DNA of 64,000 nucleotides from Chloroflexota bacterium (GCA_005880575.1 VBIZ01000104.1:3735-67734); one strand, 5' to 3'. Numbered from the stretch's first letter, positions 40,002 through 50,454 are shown. Translations and numbers: made by a program. Notes: generated from the letters alone by a model not told the origin.

Positions 40002-43000
40002 ATGGCGACGGAGCAGAAATCGCGATTCGCACCGGTCGGTTCGGGCTTTGATCTGCCCGAGCTCGAGCACGGCGTGCTCGACCTGTGGGAGCGCGAGGAG
40101 AGCTTCGAGGCGCTCCGCCGGAAGAACGCCGGCGGACCGCGGTATTCGTTCATCGACGGTCCGATCACCGCCAACATCGAGGCCATGGGCGTCCACCACG
40201 CATGGGGACGTACCTATAAGGACCTCTACCAGCGCTACAAGGCAATGCAGGGCTTCGACGAGCGCTGGCAGAACGGTTTTGACGGCCAGGGCCTCTGGGT
40301 CGAAGTTCAGGTCGAGCGCGAGCTAAACCTGAACAGCAAGCGCGACATCGAGACCTACGGTATCGACAAGTTCTCGCGTGCATGCCGTGCCCGCGTTGAC
40401 CGCAGCGCGGCCGCAATCACCAAGCAGTCCATCCGGCTCGGTCAATGGATGGACTGGGACAACTCCTACTACACGTACAGCGACAACAACATCTCGCACA
40501 TCTGGAACACGCTGAAGCTCGTTCACGAAAAGGGCTGGCTCTACAAGGGTCACCGCGCGATGCCCTGGTGCGCGCGCTGCGGGACGGCCCTGGCGGAGCA
40601 CGAGATGACCGGCTCGTACAAGGAGATGACGCACGACTCCCTCTACGTGCGCTTCCCCGTGCTCGCGGAGGGCGGCGGCGCGGAGCTCGCCAAGCAACGC
40701 GCGTCGTTCCTCGCATGGACGACGACCCCTTGGACGCTGCCGGCCAACGTCATGCTGGCCGTCCATCCCGATCTCGACTACGTGAAGGTGCGCGTGCTCG
40801 CCGATGGCGCGACCGAACCGGAGCTGCTGATCCTCGGCGCGAAGGTCTACGCCCAGTCGAAGTGGCATGGGGCTGAGGTCGTCGAGACGGTGAAGGGCCG
40901 GGACCTGGTTGGCCTGCGCTACGCGGGTCCGTTCGACGAGCTTCCGGCCGGCAAGACCGCTGCGACGGCGCACAAGGTCATCGCGTGGGACGCGGTCGGC
41001 GAGGCTGAGGGCACCGGGATCGTCCACATCGCCCCCGGTTGCGGAGCGGAAGACTTCGCGCTGGGCAAGCGCGAGAAGGCGCCGGTCATCGTGCCCATCA
41101 ATGAGAACGCGCATTTCGTGCCGGGCTTCGGCTGGCTCGAGGGCCGAGACGCGCGCGACGTCGCTCACGAGATCGCGGATGACCTGCGGAAGCGCGGTCG
41201 GCTCTTTCGCGAGCTCGCGTACACGCACAGCTATCCGATCTGCTGGCGCTGCAAGGAGGAGATCGTCTTCCGCGTGGGCGACGAGTGGTTCATTTCGATG
41301 GACGAGCTTCGGCCCAAGCTCAAGGAGGCCGCGACGAAGGTGCGCTGGCTTCCCTCGCACACCGGCGATCGGATGCAGAACTGGCTCGACAACATGGGCG
41401 ACTGGAACATCAGTCGCAAGCGCTACTGGGGCCTGCCGCTGCCCTTCTATACGTGCACGAACGGCCACTTCTTCATCATCGGAAGCCAGGACGAGCTTCG
41501 CGAACGAGCCGTGCGCGGCCTCGAGCAGCTCCAGGAGCTGCACCGCCCGTGGATCGACAAGGTCATCGTGGCTTGTCCGACCTGCAAGGCGGAGAGCACA
41601 CGCGTCCGCGAGACGGGCGACGTGTGGCTCGACGCCGGGATCGTGCCGTTCTCGACCCTGAATTGGCTCACCGACCGCGACTACTGGAAGAAATGGTTCC
41701 CGGCCGAATTCATAACCGAGAACGTCGAGCAGATTCGGCTCTGGTATTACTCGCAGCTCTTCTTCAGCGTCGTCCTCACGGGCCGCGCGCCCTACGAGAC
41801 GGTCCTCTCGCATGAGTTCGTCTACGACGAGAGCGGCGAAGAGTTCCACAAGAGCGGCGAGAACTTCATCGACTTCCCGCAGGCCGCCGAGCGCGCCGGC
41901 TCCGACATCGTCCGCTGGTTCTACATGCGACTCAATCCCGTCGATAAGGTGCTGTTCGGCTACAACGTGCTGTCCGACGTCAAGCGCAAGCTGCTGATCC
42001 TTTGGAACACGTACGCGTTCTTCGTGACGTACGCGAACCTTGATCGGTTCGACCCGACCGTCGCGGTCGTGCCAGAGCGTGAACGCCCGGTCATCGACCG
42101 TTGGCTCGTCTCGAGCCTCCACCGCTTGGTCCGTGACGTGCGCGCAGCGCTCGACGCGTACGACTCCCAGACCGCCTCCCTGAAGATGGAGACTTTCTGG
42201 GACGACCTGTCGACGTGGTACGTGCGACGGAACCGCTCGCGTTTCTGGAAGGCGCGCTCCGAGCGCGACTCGCTCGCCGCATACCAGACCCTGTACCAAG
42301 CGCTCACGACTCTCGTCCGCCTTTTCGCCCCGGTCATGCCGTTCGTCGCCGAGGAGATGTTCCAGAACCTCGTGCGCCGCGCGACGACGGGGTCGCCGGC
42401 GTCCGTCCATCACACGGACTATCCAACCTTCGACGCATCGCTCATCGACGACGATCTGGAGCGGCGGATGAGGGCCGCGCGACGCGTCGTCGAGCTCGGC
42501 CGGGCCGCCCGCTCGTCCGCGGGCGTGAAGACGCGGACGCCGCTCCCAAAGCTCATCGTCGTGTTCGACGCGAACGACCGCGACCGTGGCGCGCTCGCCG
42601 GCGATTCGGAGCTGGGCGAGATCGTCAAGGACGAGCTCAATGTGAAGGCGCTCGAGATTCGGGACGCGGCCGAGGGGCTCGTGAAGGAGACCGTGAAGCC
42701 CGACCTCAAAGTCCTTGGGCCGAAGCTCGGCAAGGATCTGCCGCGGGTTCGGCAGGCGCTCGCGGAAGGACGCTACGAGCGGCGCGACGGGACGATCAAG
42801 GTCGAAGGCTTCGAGCTCTCCGACACCGAGGTCCTCGTCTCCCACGAAGGTGCGCCGGGCCACGCGGTCGGCCGCGACGCGGGCGCGACGGTCGCGCTCG
42901 AGACCAAGCTCACGCCTGAGCTCGAGCTGGAAGGCCTCGCGCGCGAGCTCGCCCACCATCTGAACAACCTGCGCAAAGAAGCGGGACTCGAGATCTCCGA

Positions 43001-43175
43001 TCGCATCGCGCTGCGCTACGAGGGCCCGATTTCGCGCGCCTTCGAGCGCTACGGCGACTTCATCGCGCAGGAGGCGCTCGCGACACGGATCAGCCAGGGG
43101 CTCCACGACCGCGGCCACAAGTGGGAGGGTGAGCTGAATGGCGTCGCGGGCACGCTCGAGCTCGAGAAGGAATAG
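40002..43175 (+). CDS. ileS: Isoleucine--tRNA ligase, type 2
   Basis: DGP..AN..GVHH, WTTTPWTLPAN, GTGIVHIAP, DWNISRKRYWG; IleRS2-type C-terminus; Ile T-box upstream. Confidence 0.96.
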   Translation: MATEQKSRFAPVGSGFDLPELEHGVLDLWEREESFEALRRKNAGGPRYSFIDGPITANIEAMGVHHAWGRTYKDLYQRYKAMQGFDERWQNGFDGQGLWVEVQVERELNLNSKRDIETYGIDKFSRACRARVDRSAAAITKQSIRLGQWMDWDNSYYTYSDNNISHIWNTLKLVHEKGWLYKGHRAMPWCARCGTALAEHEMTGSYKEMTHDSLYVRFPVLAEGGGAELAKQRASFLAWTTTPWTLPANVMLAVHPDLDYVKVRVLADGATEPELLILGAKVYAQSKWHGAEVVETVKGRDLVGLRYAGPFDELPAGKTAATAHKVIAWDAVGEAEGTGIVHIAPGCGAEDFALGKREKAPVIVPINENAHFVPGFGWLEGRDARDVAHEIADDLRKRGRLFRELAYTHSYPICWRCKEEIVFRVGDEWFISMDELRPKLKEAATKVRWLPSHTGDRMQNWLDNMGDWNISRKRYWGLPLPFYTCTNGHFFIIGSQDELRERAVRGLEQLQELHRPWIDKVIVACPTCKAESTRVRETGDVWLDAGIVPFSTLNWLTDRDYWKKWFPAEFITENVEQIRLWYYSQLFFSVVLTGRAPYETVLSHEFVYDESGEEFHKSGENFIDFPQAAERAGSDIVRWFYMRLNPVDKVLFGYNVLSDVKRKLLILWNTYAFFVTYANLDRFDPTVAVVPERERPVIDRWLVSSLHRLVRDVRAALDAYDSQTASLKMETFWDDLSTWYVRRNRSRFWKARSERDSLAAYQTLYQALTTLVRLFAPVMPFVAEEMFQNLVRRATTGSPASVHHTDYPTFDASLIDDDLERRMRAARRVVELGRAARSSAGVKTRTPLPKLIVVFDANDRDRGALAGDSELGEIVKDELNVKALEIRDAAEGLVKETVKPDLKVLGPKLGKDLPRVRQALAEGRYERRDGTIKVEGFELSDTEVLVSHEGAPGHAVGRDAGATVALETKLTPELELEGLARELAHHLNNLRKEAGLEISDRIALRYEGPISRAFERYGDFIAQEALATRISQGLHDRGHKWEGELNGVAGTLELEKE

Positions 43176-43189
43176 CCGGAAGGGGCTCG

Positions 43190-43645
43190 ATGCCGAGGAT
43201 TCGGATCGAGACGGCCATCGCCGCCTCGCCGGAACGCTGCTTCGATCTCGCGAGGGATGTCGGCGCGCACATCCGATCGACCGCCGGCACAGCGGAGCGA
43301 GCGGTCGCGGGCGTGACGACCGGCAGGATGAGCCTCGGGGATGAGGTCACGTGGGAGGCGCGGCATCTCGGGATCCGCCAGCGCCTCTCCGCTCGCATCA
43401 CCCGGTTCGACCCGCCCCGAATGTTTCAGGACGACATGGTTCGCGGGCCGTTCGCGTCGATGCGACATGTCCACGAATTCCATCCGCGCGACGGCGGTAC
43501 CACGATGGTCGACACCTTCACCTTCGCGAGTCCGCTCGGGCCGATCGGGGCGATCGCCGACCGGCTCTTCCTCACCGCTTACCTGCGCCGGTTCCTCATG
43601 TCGCGGGCAGCCGCGCTCAAGCGGATGGCCGAGAGCGCTTCCTAG
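43190..43645 (+). CDS. SRPBCC family protein
   Basis: VTWEARHLG, F.D.M..GPF....H.H.F pattern. Confidence 0.85.
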   Translation: MPRIRIETAIAASPERCFDLARDVGAHIRSTAGTAERAVAGVTTGRMSLGDEVTWEARHLGIRQRLSARITRFDPPRMFQDDMVRGPFASMRHVHEFHPRDGGTTMVDTFTFASPLGPIGAIADRLFLTAYLRRFLMSRAAALKRMAESAS

Positions 43646-44850
43646 ATCCCGAGCACCTGTTTCTTCTTCGCCGCGAACTCGTCATCGGTGAGGACACCCC
43701 GCTGGTGCAGCTCCGAGAGCATCAGGAGGTCGTCGATGCTGGCCGTATGCGCGATCACCGGTGCCGACCTCGGCTTGATGCGACGGTCGACTCGCTCCTG
43801 CAGTGTGTTCTTGATCGGCGTGAACACGGTGGCGAGAACAAAGAGCGTCATCACGATCGCCAGATCCGAACCTTGTCCGCTGAGGGCGACGAACGTGCGC
43901 TGGAACAGCGCGACCACCGCGGTGTAGACGCCGGCAAGGATCGCCGTCAGCAGGACGTAGACCACCGTGCGATTGATGATCAGATCGATGTCGTAGAGGC
44001 GGTGGCGAAGGATCGCGACCCCGACCGCCACCGGGAGCGCCGTCACCGCGAGGGCCGCGAGGAGCTCCGCGGCACCAAGGAGCGGAGGCGCGAATCGCGA
44101 CCCGGCTTGGAGGACGAACGAGAGGAGGACCAGCGCGCCGGCGAACGCGAACCACTTGAGTTGCTGACGCTCGTCCGCATCGGCGCGACGGAGCCGATCG
44201 AAGAGCGCGGCGGCGCTGATCACCACGAGCACCAGAAGAAGCGGGTCGAGGATCGCCGCGATCGCATCGAACACGGCGGCGTACTGGTCGAGCCCGATCG
44301 GATTGCGTATCGACGGGTAGCCCGCGTCGGCGTAGGTCGCCGGGGCGACCATCGTGAAGATCACGGCGAGGACGACGTTCGCCCCCGCAAAGTAGGCCGC
44401 GGGCTTCCAGCTCGGCGACGGAAGATGCCCGTTCGGGAACAGCAGCGGAAGGAACAGCGCGACGACGGCGATCCCGGGCATGTCCGCCCAGAACCCGAGC
44501 CACGCCATGGCCTGACCGAACGGGAGCGTCCCCGGAGCGACGACGAGGGCCTGTATTGCGTACTCGCGTGCGAAGAACGAAAGGCCGAAGCTCACCGCGG
44601 CCCCGCAGAACATCCAACCGATCGGATGCGTGCGGTGGGTGCTGATGATGAGCGCCCCGATGGCGCCGCAGGCAAAGAGCGCCGCGATGCTCCACGTATC
44701 GATGAAGCTGACTCGGCCGACGAACCGCAGCTCGAGGACGAAGCTCGTGCCCGCGAGAGCGACGTAAAGGGCGACGCTCGACCACGCGAGCCAGCGCGCA
44801 CGGGACCCCGACGTCGACACTCGGATCACCGATGCAGCCGCGGCGGACAT
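43642..44850 (-). CDS. Multi-pass membrane protein with C-terminal SHOCT domain
   Basis: HPIGW, LLFPNG.LPS..W, ERQQLKW, ILRHRLYDID; L.ELHQRGVLTDDEFAAKKKQVL. Confidence 0.8.
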   Translation of the reverse strand: MSAAAASVIRVSTSGSRARWLAWSSVALYVALAGTSFVLELRFVGRVSFIDTWSIAALFACGAIGALIISTHRTHPIGWMFCGAAVSFGLSFFAREYAIQALVVAPGTLPFGQAMAWLGFWADMPGIAVVALFLPLLFPNGHLPSPSWKPAAYFAGANVVLAVIFTMVAPATYADAGYPSIRNPIGLDQYAAVFDAIAAILDPLLLVLVVISAAALFDRLRRADADERQQLKWFAFAGALVLLSFVLQAGSRFAPPLLGAAELLAALAVTALPVAVGVAILRHRLYDIDLIINRTVVYVLLTAILAGVYTAVVALFQRTFVALSGQGSDLAIVMTLFVLATVFTPIKNTLQERVDRRIKPRSAPVIAHTASIDDLLMLSELHQRGVLTDDEFAAKKKQVLGI

Positions 44851-44873
44851 CTCGCAAGCCTACGCGCCGGCTG

Positions 44874-45467
44874 CTACAGCAATGCGCTCCGAAGGGCTCC
44901 GTAGATGAGCCGCGGAGCGCGCCGGCGTCCCGGACCGGTGAGCGCCGTCCGCCATGTTGGGTACGAAAGAAGCGCATGCGCCAGGGCGATGGCGTCGCTC
45001 GGGCGGACCCTGAGCCCGCCTCGTCGGGCGAGGTCGTTGATCGTCCGGGTGATGATCGCGAGCCGGACGCCGTCGAGCTCGCGGAGCAGTGCGGCAACGT
45101 CTCGTGGCAGAGCACCGTCCACGAGCGTCTCGAGGAGGACGGATTCGGCGCGGTATTCGCGCTCGTGCATGGCGATGAGCTCGCCGAGCACCGCGTCGGC
45201 GCCTTCGCCTCGCGGCCGCCATCGCTCGATCCGTCCGATGAGTCCCTCGGCCCGGCCGCGCAGCGCCGCCTCGACGAGGCGCTCCTTCGTCGGTGCGTGC
45301 AGGTAGACCGTGCGAGGGGCGACGTGCGCGCGCCGCGCGACCTCGCTGACGCGCAGGTTCGCGTATCCGCGGCGCGAGACCTCGCGCAGCGCGGCGGACT
45401 CGATCGCGGTCGACGTTCGCGCCGACCGGCGCGCTCGCTCACGCTGGACGTATCGCCGTTGATTCAC
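44874..45467 (-). CDS. TetR/AcrR family transcriptional regulator
   Basis: GY.NLRVSEVARRAHVAPRTVYLH.PTKE HTH. Confidence 0.85.
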   Translation of the reverse strand: MNQRRYVQRERARRSARTSTAIESAALREVSRRGYANLRVSEVARRAHVAPRTVYLHAPTKERLVEAALRGRAEGLIGRIERWRPRGEGADAVLGELIAMHEREYRAESVLLETLVDGALPRDVAALLRELDGVRLAIITRTINDLARRGGLRVRPSDAIALAHALLSYPTWRTALTGPGRRRAPRLIYGALRSALL

Positions 45468-45540
45468 TGCACATCGAGTGTATCGGAATATTGCTCTGCC
45501 CTCGACGCCGTGGGCCGCTGCCGCTATCGTTGCATCCGAA

Positions 45541-46557
45541 GTGGGAGATCTCGCATTCGTGTTCCCGGGTCAGGGCTCGCAGATCGTCGGCATGGGCCGA
45601 GCGGTCTACGAGCAGTCCGCGCGCGCCCGGGCCACGTTCGACGAGGCGGACCGGACCGTGGGTTACGAGCTGTCCAAGATCTGCTTCGACGGCCCGTCCC
45701 ACGATCTCGACAACACGACGGTTGCCCAGCCCGCGATCCTCACGACGAGCGTCGCGATCCTGGAAGCGTTCATCGAGTCCGTCAACGCGAAGCTCGGCCA
45801 CCGCTCGAGCGACGGTGTCGAGCCGCGCGGCGTCGCCGCGCTCCCGGCGAACCTGCGGCCGCGCTTCGTGGCCGGCCACTCTCTCGGTGAGTTCACCGCA
45901 CTCGTGGCCGCGGGCGTCCTCACCTTCCAGGACGCGCTGCGCCTCGTCGCCGAGCGCGGTCGTCTTGCGGCCTCGCGCGGCGCGAAGGGGGCGATGGCCG
46001 CGATCGTCGGCCTGCCCGCGGAAGAGGTGGAGCGCGTGATCAAGAGCGTTCTTCCCGTGGGGAGCGCGGTCGTCGCGAACGACAACGGCCCCTCGCAGGT
46101 CACGATCGCGGGCGACAGCGAGAGCGTCGCGAGAGCGAGCGAAGCATTGTCCAAGCATGGTGCCCGAAAGGTCGTACCGCTTCGCATCTCGGCGCCGTTC
46201 CACTTCCCCGACATGGGGCGGATCGGTCCCGACCTCGCCGCGTTCATGCACACGCTTCACTTTCACGAGCCGGTCGTGCCGATCGTCGCGAACGTGAGCG
46301 CGATGCCGCATCCCTCCGCGTCGGCAATACCTGACGCGCTGGTCCGGCACCTTTCGAACCGCGTTGAGTGGCTGCGCTCCGTGCGCTACATGGCCGAGCG
46401 TGGCGCCTCGACCTTCGTCGAGATCGGTGCGGGCCAGGTCGTCAACGGCCTGGTCAAGCGCATCGCCGACGTGAAGCTCCTCAACGTGTCCGATCCCCTG
46501 TCGATCACCGGAGCGCTGTCGATCTTGCGGGAGCGCACCGCCGCCGCGCCGCGGTGA
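45541..46557 (+). CDS. fabD: Malonyl-CoA:ACP transacylase
   Basis: FPGQGSQ, GHSLGE, APFH, EIGAG. Confidence 0.93.
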   Translation: MGDLAFVFPGQGSQIVGMGRAVYEQSARARATFDEADRTVGYELSKICFDGPSHDLDNTTVAQPAILTTSVAILEAFIESVNAKLGHRSSDGVEPRGVAALPANLRPRFVAGHSLGEFTALVAAGVLTFQDALRLVAERGRLAASRGAKGAMAAIVGLPAEEVERVIKSVLPVGSAVVANDNGPSQVTIAGDSESVARASEALSKHGARKVVPLRISAPFHFPDMGRIGPDLAAFMHTLHFHEPVVPIVANVSAMPHPSASAIPDALVRHLSNRVEWLRSVRYMAERGASTFVEIGAGQVVNGLVKRIADVKLLNVSDPLSITGALSILRERTAAAPR

Positions 46558-47789
46558 CCCGGCGCGTCGTCGTCACCGGCCTCGGGGCCGTGACACCGCT
46601 CGGCCTCGACGTCACCAGCACGTGGGACTCGCTCGTCCACGGACAGAGCGGGATCGGCCGGATCACCCGCTTCGATCCGTCGCCCTACGAGACGCAGATC
46701 GCGGGCGAGATCAAGGACTTCGATCCCGCGAAGTACATGGATCGCAAGGAGATCCGGCGCACCGACCGATTCACGCAGTACGCGGTGGCGGCCGCCGCCC
46801 AGGCGCTCGACGATGCGGGCATCAAGGGTGGCGGCTCCGATCGTGATCGTATCGGGGTCGCGATCGCGACAGGGGTTGGAGGCATCGAGACGCTCATCGA
46901 CCAGGTACTCCTCATGAAGGAGCGCGGTCCGTCGCGGCTCTCACCGTTCCTCGTGCCGATGCTCATGGCCAATGCCGGGTCTGCCCAGATCTCGATGCAG
47001 TTCGACATCCGCGGACCAAGCCTCACGCACGTCTCGGCGTGCGCGTCGAGCTCGCACTCGATCGGCGAGTGCGCGGAGCTCATCAAGCGGGGGCAGGCCG
47101 ACGTCATGGTCACCGGCGGGGCGGAGGCCGCGGTGCTGCCGCTCCCGATCGGCGCCTTCGCCACGATGCACGCGATGAGCCGCCGCAACGACGCGCCGGA
47201 AAGAGCCTCGCGGCCGTTCGACAAGGATCGCGACGGGTTCGTGCTCGCGGAGGGATCCGCGGTCCTCGTTCTGGAGGAGCGCGAGCGCGCGCTCGCGCGC
47301 AGGGCGAAGATCTACGGCGAGCTGGTCGGATATGGCGCGACGGCCGACGCGTATCACATCACCTCGCCATCGCCGGAGGGCGAAGGGAACGCGCGAGCCA
47401 TGAAGATGGCGCTCGATCAGGCCGGCATGAAGCCGTCGGATATCGACTACATCAACGCGCACGGCACGTCGACGCAGCCGAACGACCGTGAGGAAACGGC
47501 GGCGATCAAGCGCGTGTTCGGCGACCACGCCTACAAGCTCATGGTCTCGTCGACGAAATCGATGACCGGCCACCTGCTGGGCGCCGCCGGCGCGCTCGAG
47601 GCCATGGCCTGCGTGCTCGCGATGCGCGACGGATGCATCCCTCCGACGATCAACTACGAGACGCCCGATCCGGCGCTCGATCTCGACTACGTGCCGAACG
47701 AGGCGCGCGCTCGGCCGATCAAGACCTCGCTCTCCAACTCGATGGGCTTCGGCGGACATAACGCCTCGCTCATCTTCCGTGCTGCCTAG
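46554..47789 (+). CDS. fabF: Beta-ketoacyl-ACP synthase II
   Basis: RRVVVTGLG, SACAS, NAHGTST, GHLLGAAG, GFGGHN; GTGA overlap. Confidence 0.95.
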   Translation: MTRRVVVTGLGAVTPLGLDVTSTWDSLVHGQSGIGRITRFDPSPYETQIAGEIKDFDPAKYMDRKEIRRTDRFTQYAVAAAAQALDDAGIKGGGSDRDRIGVAIATGVGGIETLIDQVLLMKERGPSRLSPFLVPMLMANAGSAQISMQFDIRGPSLTHVSACASSSHSIGECAELIKRGQADVMVTGGAEAAVLPLPIGAFATMHAMSRRNDAPERASRPFDKDRDGFVLAEGSAVLVLEERERALARRAKIYGELVGYGATADAYHITSPSPEGEGNARAMKMALDQAGMKPSDIDYINAHGTSTQPNDREETAAIKRVFGDHAYKLMVSSTKSMTGHLLGAAGALEAMACVLAMRDGCIPPTINYETPDPALDLDYVPNEARARPIKTSLSNSMGFGGHNASLIFRAA

Positions 47790-47820
47790 GGCTGGCATCG
47801 CGGCTGCACGCACGTAATCC

Positions 47821-48237
47821 GTGCCGAAGCCGCTCGAGCGACCGCCCGAGGAATGGAAAAGCGCCGGCGAACCGATGACCGACTCGCAGGCTTCATTTCT
47901 GAAACGGCTATCGGCGGATGCCGGCGAGGAGTTTGACGCGACTCTGAGCAAGGCTGCTGCCTCGCGGCGGATCGACGAGCTCCTGAATCGGGGAAAGGGT
48001 GGCTCCAGCCCTTCCACCTCGAGCCGTCGCGCGAAGAAGGGCGCGGCAACACGTCCGGCGAAGGCGAAAGCCGCGGGCGGGATGAGCGAGGCGCAGTCGG
48101 CTTACCTTCAGGAGCTGGCCGAAGAGGAAGGCGGCGATTTCGACCCCGACCTCAGGAAGGAGGAAGGCGCGCGGCGCATCGGGGAGCTCCTGATCAAGCA
48201 GATGGCGCGCCGGTCCCCGACGGAGCCGCCCTTCTAG
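47821..48237 (+). CDS. Protein with two DUF3072-like repeats
   Basis: MT..QAS.L..L....GEEFD..LSKA.AS.RIDEL pattern occurs twice. Confidence 0.7.
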   Translation: MPKPLERPPEEWKSAGEPMTDSQASFLKRLSADAGEEFDATLSKAAASRRIDELLNRGKGGSSPSTSSRRAKKGAATRPAKAKAAGGMSEAQSAYLQELAEEEGGDFDPDLRKEEGARRIGELLIKQMARRSPTEPPF

Positions 48238-48265
48238 CCGGAGTCCCTGCTAGTTTCGGCGTCAC

Positions 48266-49015
48266 ATGGGTCTCGAAGGGCGGACCGCGCTCATCACCGG
48301 CGCGGGCCGCGGGATCGGCCGCGCGACCGCCGCACGGCTCGCGCGCGACGGAGCGCGCATCGCGATCAACTACAAGGGGAACGCGGCGGCCGCCGAGGAG
48401 TCGAAACGGCTCGTCGAGAAGAGCGGCGGTGAGGCGACGCTCATTAAAGGAGACGTCTCGGTCGACGAGCAGGCCGAGGAGATCGTCAAGGCCGCACTGG
48501 CGTACGGCAATGGCCGGCTCGACATCCTCGTGAACAATGCCGGCATCACGCGGGACAACCTGTTGGTGCGGATGAGCGCTGAGGACTGGGATGCTGTGAT
48601 CGACCTGAACCTCCGCGGTGCGTTCCTCGTCACCAAGGCCGCGATGCGCCCGATGATGAAGCAGCGGTCGGGTCGGATCGTGAACGTGTCGTCTGTCGCC
48701 GGGGTCGCCGGCAACGCGGGCCAGGCGAACTACGCGTCCGCGAAGGCGGGGCTGATCGGTTTCACCAAGACGATCGCTCGCGAGATGGCCGTCCGAAACA
48801 TCACCTGCAACGCGGTGGCTCCGGGCTTCGTACCGACGGACCTGACCAATGCGCTCCTGAAACAGATGGAAGAGACGATTCTGAAGCAGATCCCGCTCGG
48901 CCGATTCGGGACGGTCGAGGACGTCGCGAACGCGATCGCCTTTCTCGTCTCCGATGAGGCGAGCTACATCACCGGTCAGGTGCTCGTCGTCGACGGCGGG
49001 ATGGTGACCGCCTAA
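48266..49015 (+). CDS. fabG: 3-oxoacyl-ACP reductase
   Basis: TGAGRGIG, NNAGITRD, YASAK, VAPGF. Confidence 0.95.
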   Translation: MGLEGRTALITGAGRGIGRATAARLARDGARIAINYKGNAAAAEESKRLVEKSGGEATLIKGDVSVDEQAEEIVKAALAYGNGRLDILVNNAGITRDNLLVRMSAEDWDAVIDLNLRGAFLVTKAAMRPMMKQRSGRIVNVSSVAGVAGNAGQANYASAKAGLIGFTKTIAREMAVRNITCNAVAPGFVPTDLTNALLKQMEETILKQIPLGRFGTVEDVANAIAFLVSDEASYITGQVLVVDGGMVTA

Positions 49016-49018
49016 AGC

Positions 49019-49507
49019 ATGCGACCCTCGCGGCTTCTCCTCGTCGCCGGCGTAGCCATCGCGGTATTCGCGCTCGACCGGGTCACGAAGGCCTGGGTCA
49101 GCGAGAACATCCCGCTCGGAACCGCGCGCCCGATCGTCGGCGATTACATCCGGATCGTCCACGCGCAGAACACCGGTGCGGCGTTCGGGCTGCTGCCCGA
49201 GCGCACCACTCTCCTATCGGTGCTGTCGGTCGTCGCGGTCCTCGCGATCGTCTACTACTACCGCCAGATCGCGAGCAACTCGGCGCTCGTGTCGGCGACG
49301 CTGGGCATGCAGCTCGGCGGGGCGTTCGGAAATCTGCTCGATCGGGTCAGCCAGGGATACGTCGTGGATTTCGTCGACGTCGGGATCGGCGAAATACGCT
49401 TCTGGGCCTTCAACGTCGCCGACTCGTCGATCGTGGTCGGGATCATCCTCGTCACCGCGGCGCTCTGGTACGAGGAGCACCGCGCCGCAACGCCGAAGCC
49501 GGCTTAG
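49019..49507 (+). CDS. lspA: Lipoprotein signal peptidase II
   Basis: D..TK, NTGAAFG, GN..DR, VVDF, FNVAD. Confidence 0.95.
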   Translation: MRPSRLLLVAGVAIAVFALDRVTKAWVSENIPLGTARPIVGDYIRIVHAQNTGAAFGLLPERTTLLSVLSVVAVLAIVYYYRQIASNSALVSATLGMQLGGAFGNLLDRVSQGYVVDFVDVGIGEIRFWAFNVADSSIVVGIILVTAALWYEEHRAATPKPA

Positions 49508-50454
49508 TGGCGGAGCGGATCGCGCTGCGCGTCGATGAGGGCGGGCAGCGCGTGGACCGCTTCATTGCGGCGCACAGCCTCCTCTCGCGGAGTGCCATCG
49601 CCCGGCTGGCGAAGGATGGCCACGTGCTCGTCGACGGCGCCGCGGTCGACCCCGCATATAAGGTGCGTCTCGGCCAGGAGCTCGTCGTCGACGTACCGGA
49701 CGTGCAGCCGGCGCTCTCCCTCGCGGCCGAGAACATTCCGATCGACGTTCTGTACGAGGACGAGGACGTGATCGTCGTGAACAAGCCGGCCGGGCTCGTG
49801 GTGCACCCGGCGTACGGTCATGCCACTGGCACCCTCGTAAATGCGGTCGTGGGACGGATCACGGCCGACACCGGGCGCGCCGCCTCGCGGCCGGGGATCG
49901 TGCACCGGCTCGATAAGGACACGAGCGGCGTGCTCGTCGTCGCGAAGAACGACACCGCGCACCTGGCCCTCGCCCGGCAGATCCAGGCGCAGAAGTTCGG
50001 CAAGGAGTACGTCGCTCTCGTGTGGGGGGACCCCGGCAGCACGCCCGCGGTGGTCGAGGCCCCGCTGCTGCGCGACCCGGCTGATCGGCGCCGGATGGTC
50101 GTCCGGGCCGGGGGGCGCGAAGCCACGACCCGTTTCGAGCGCATCGCGGCGTGGGCATCCGGCGCCGAGCGGCGGGCGCTTCTTCACGTCCGCCCGGTCA
50201 CGGGGCGCACGCACCAGATCCGCGCGCACCTCGCATACGCGCGACTCCCTATCGTTGGCGACCCGGTGTATGGAAAGCGCGGCGAGCGGGGCGGCCTCGA
50301 GCGCCAGTTCCTGCACGCCTGGCGTCTCACGGTGCGCCTGCCGCACGGCGGCGAGCGCACCTTCACCGCGCCGCTCGCGCCCGAGCTCCTCGCGTACCTG
50401 AACGGACTCGGCACGCCCGTCACGGCGACACCGCTCTTGGACGAGCTCCGCTGA
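49507..50454 (+). CDS. rluD: RluA-family pseudouridine synthase with S4 domain
   Basis: NKPAGLVVHP, HRLDKDTSG, TGRTHQIR, LHA. Confidence 0.9.
   Translation: MAERIALRVDEGGQRVDRFIAAHSLLSRSAIARLAKDGHVLVDGAAVDPAYKVRLGQELVVDVPDVQPALSLAAENIPIDVLYEDEDVIVVNKPAGLVVHPAYGHATGTLVNAVVGRITADTGRAASRPGIVHRLDKDTSGVLVVAKNDTAHLALARQIQAQKFGKEYVALVWGDPGSTPAVVEAPLLRDPADRRRMVVRAGGREATTRFERIAAWASGAERRALLHVRPVTGRTHQIRAHLAYARLPIVGDPVYGKRGERGGLERQFLHAWRLTVRLPHGGERTFTAPLAPELLAYLNGLGTPVTATPLLDELR

Noticed and set aside
45478..49015. Type II polyketide cluster
   Set aside because: Sequences are canonical FabD/FabF/FabG in a housekeeping context; no chain-length factor or cyclase
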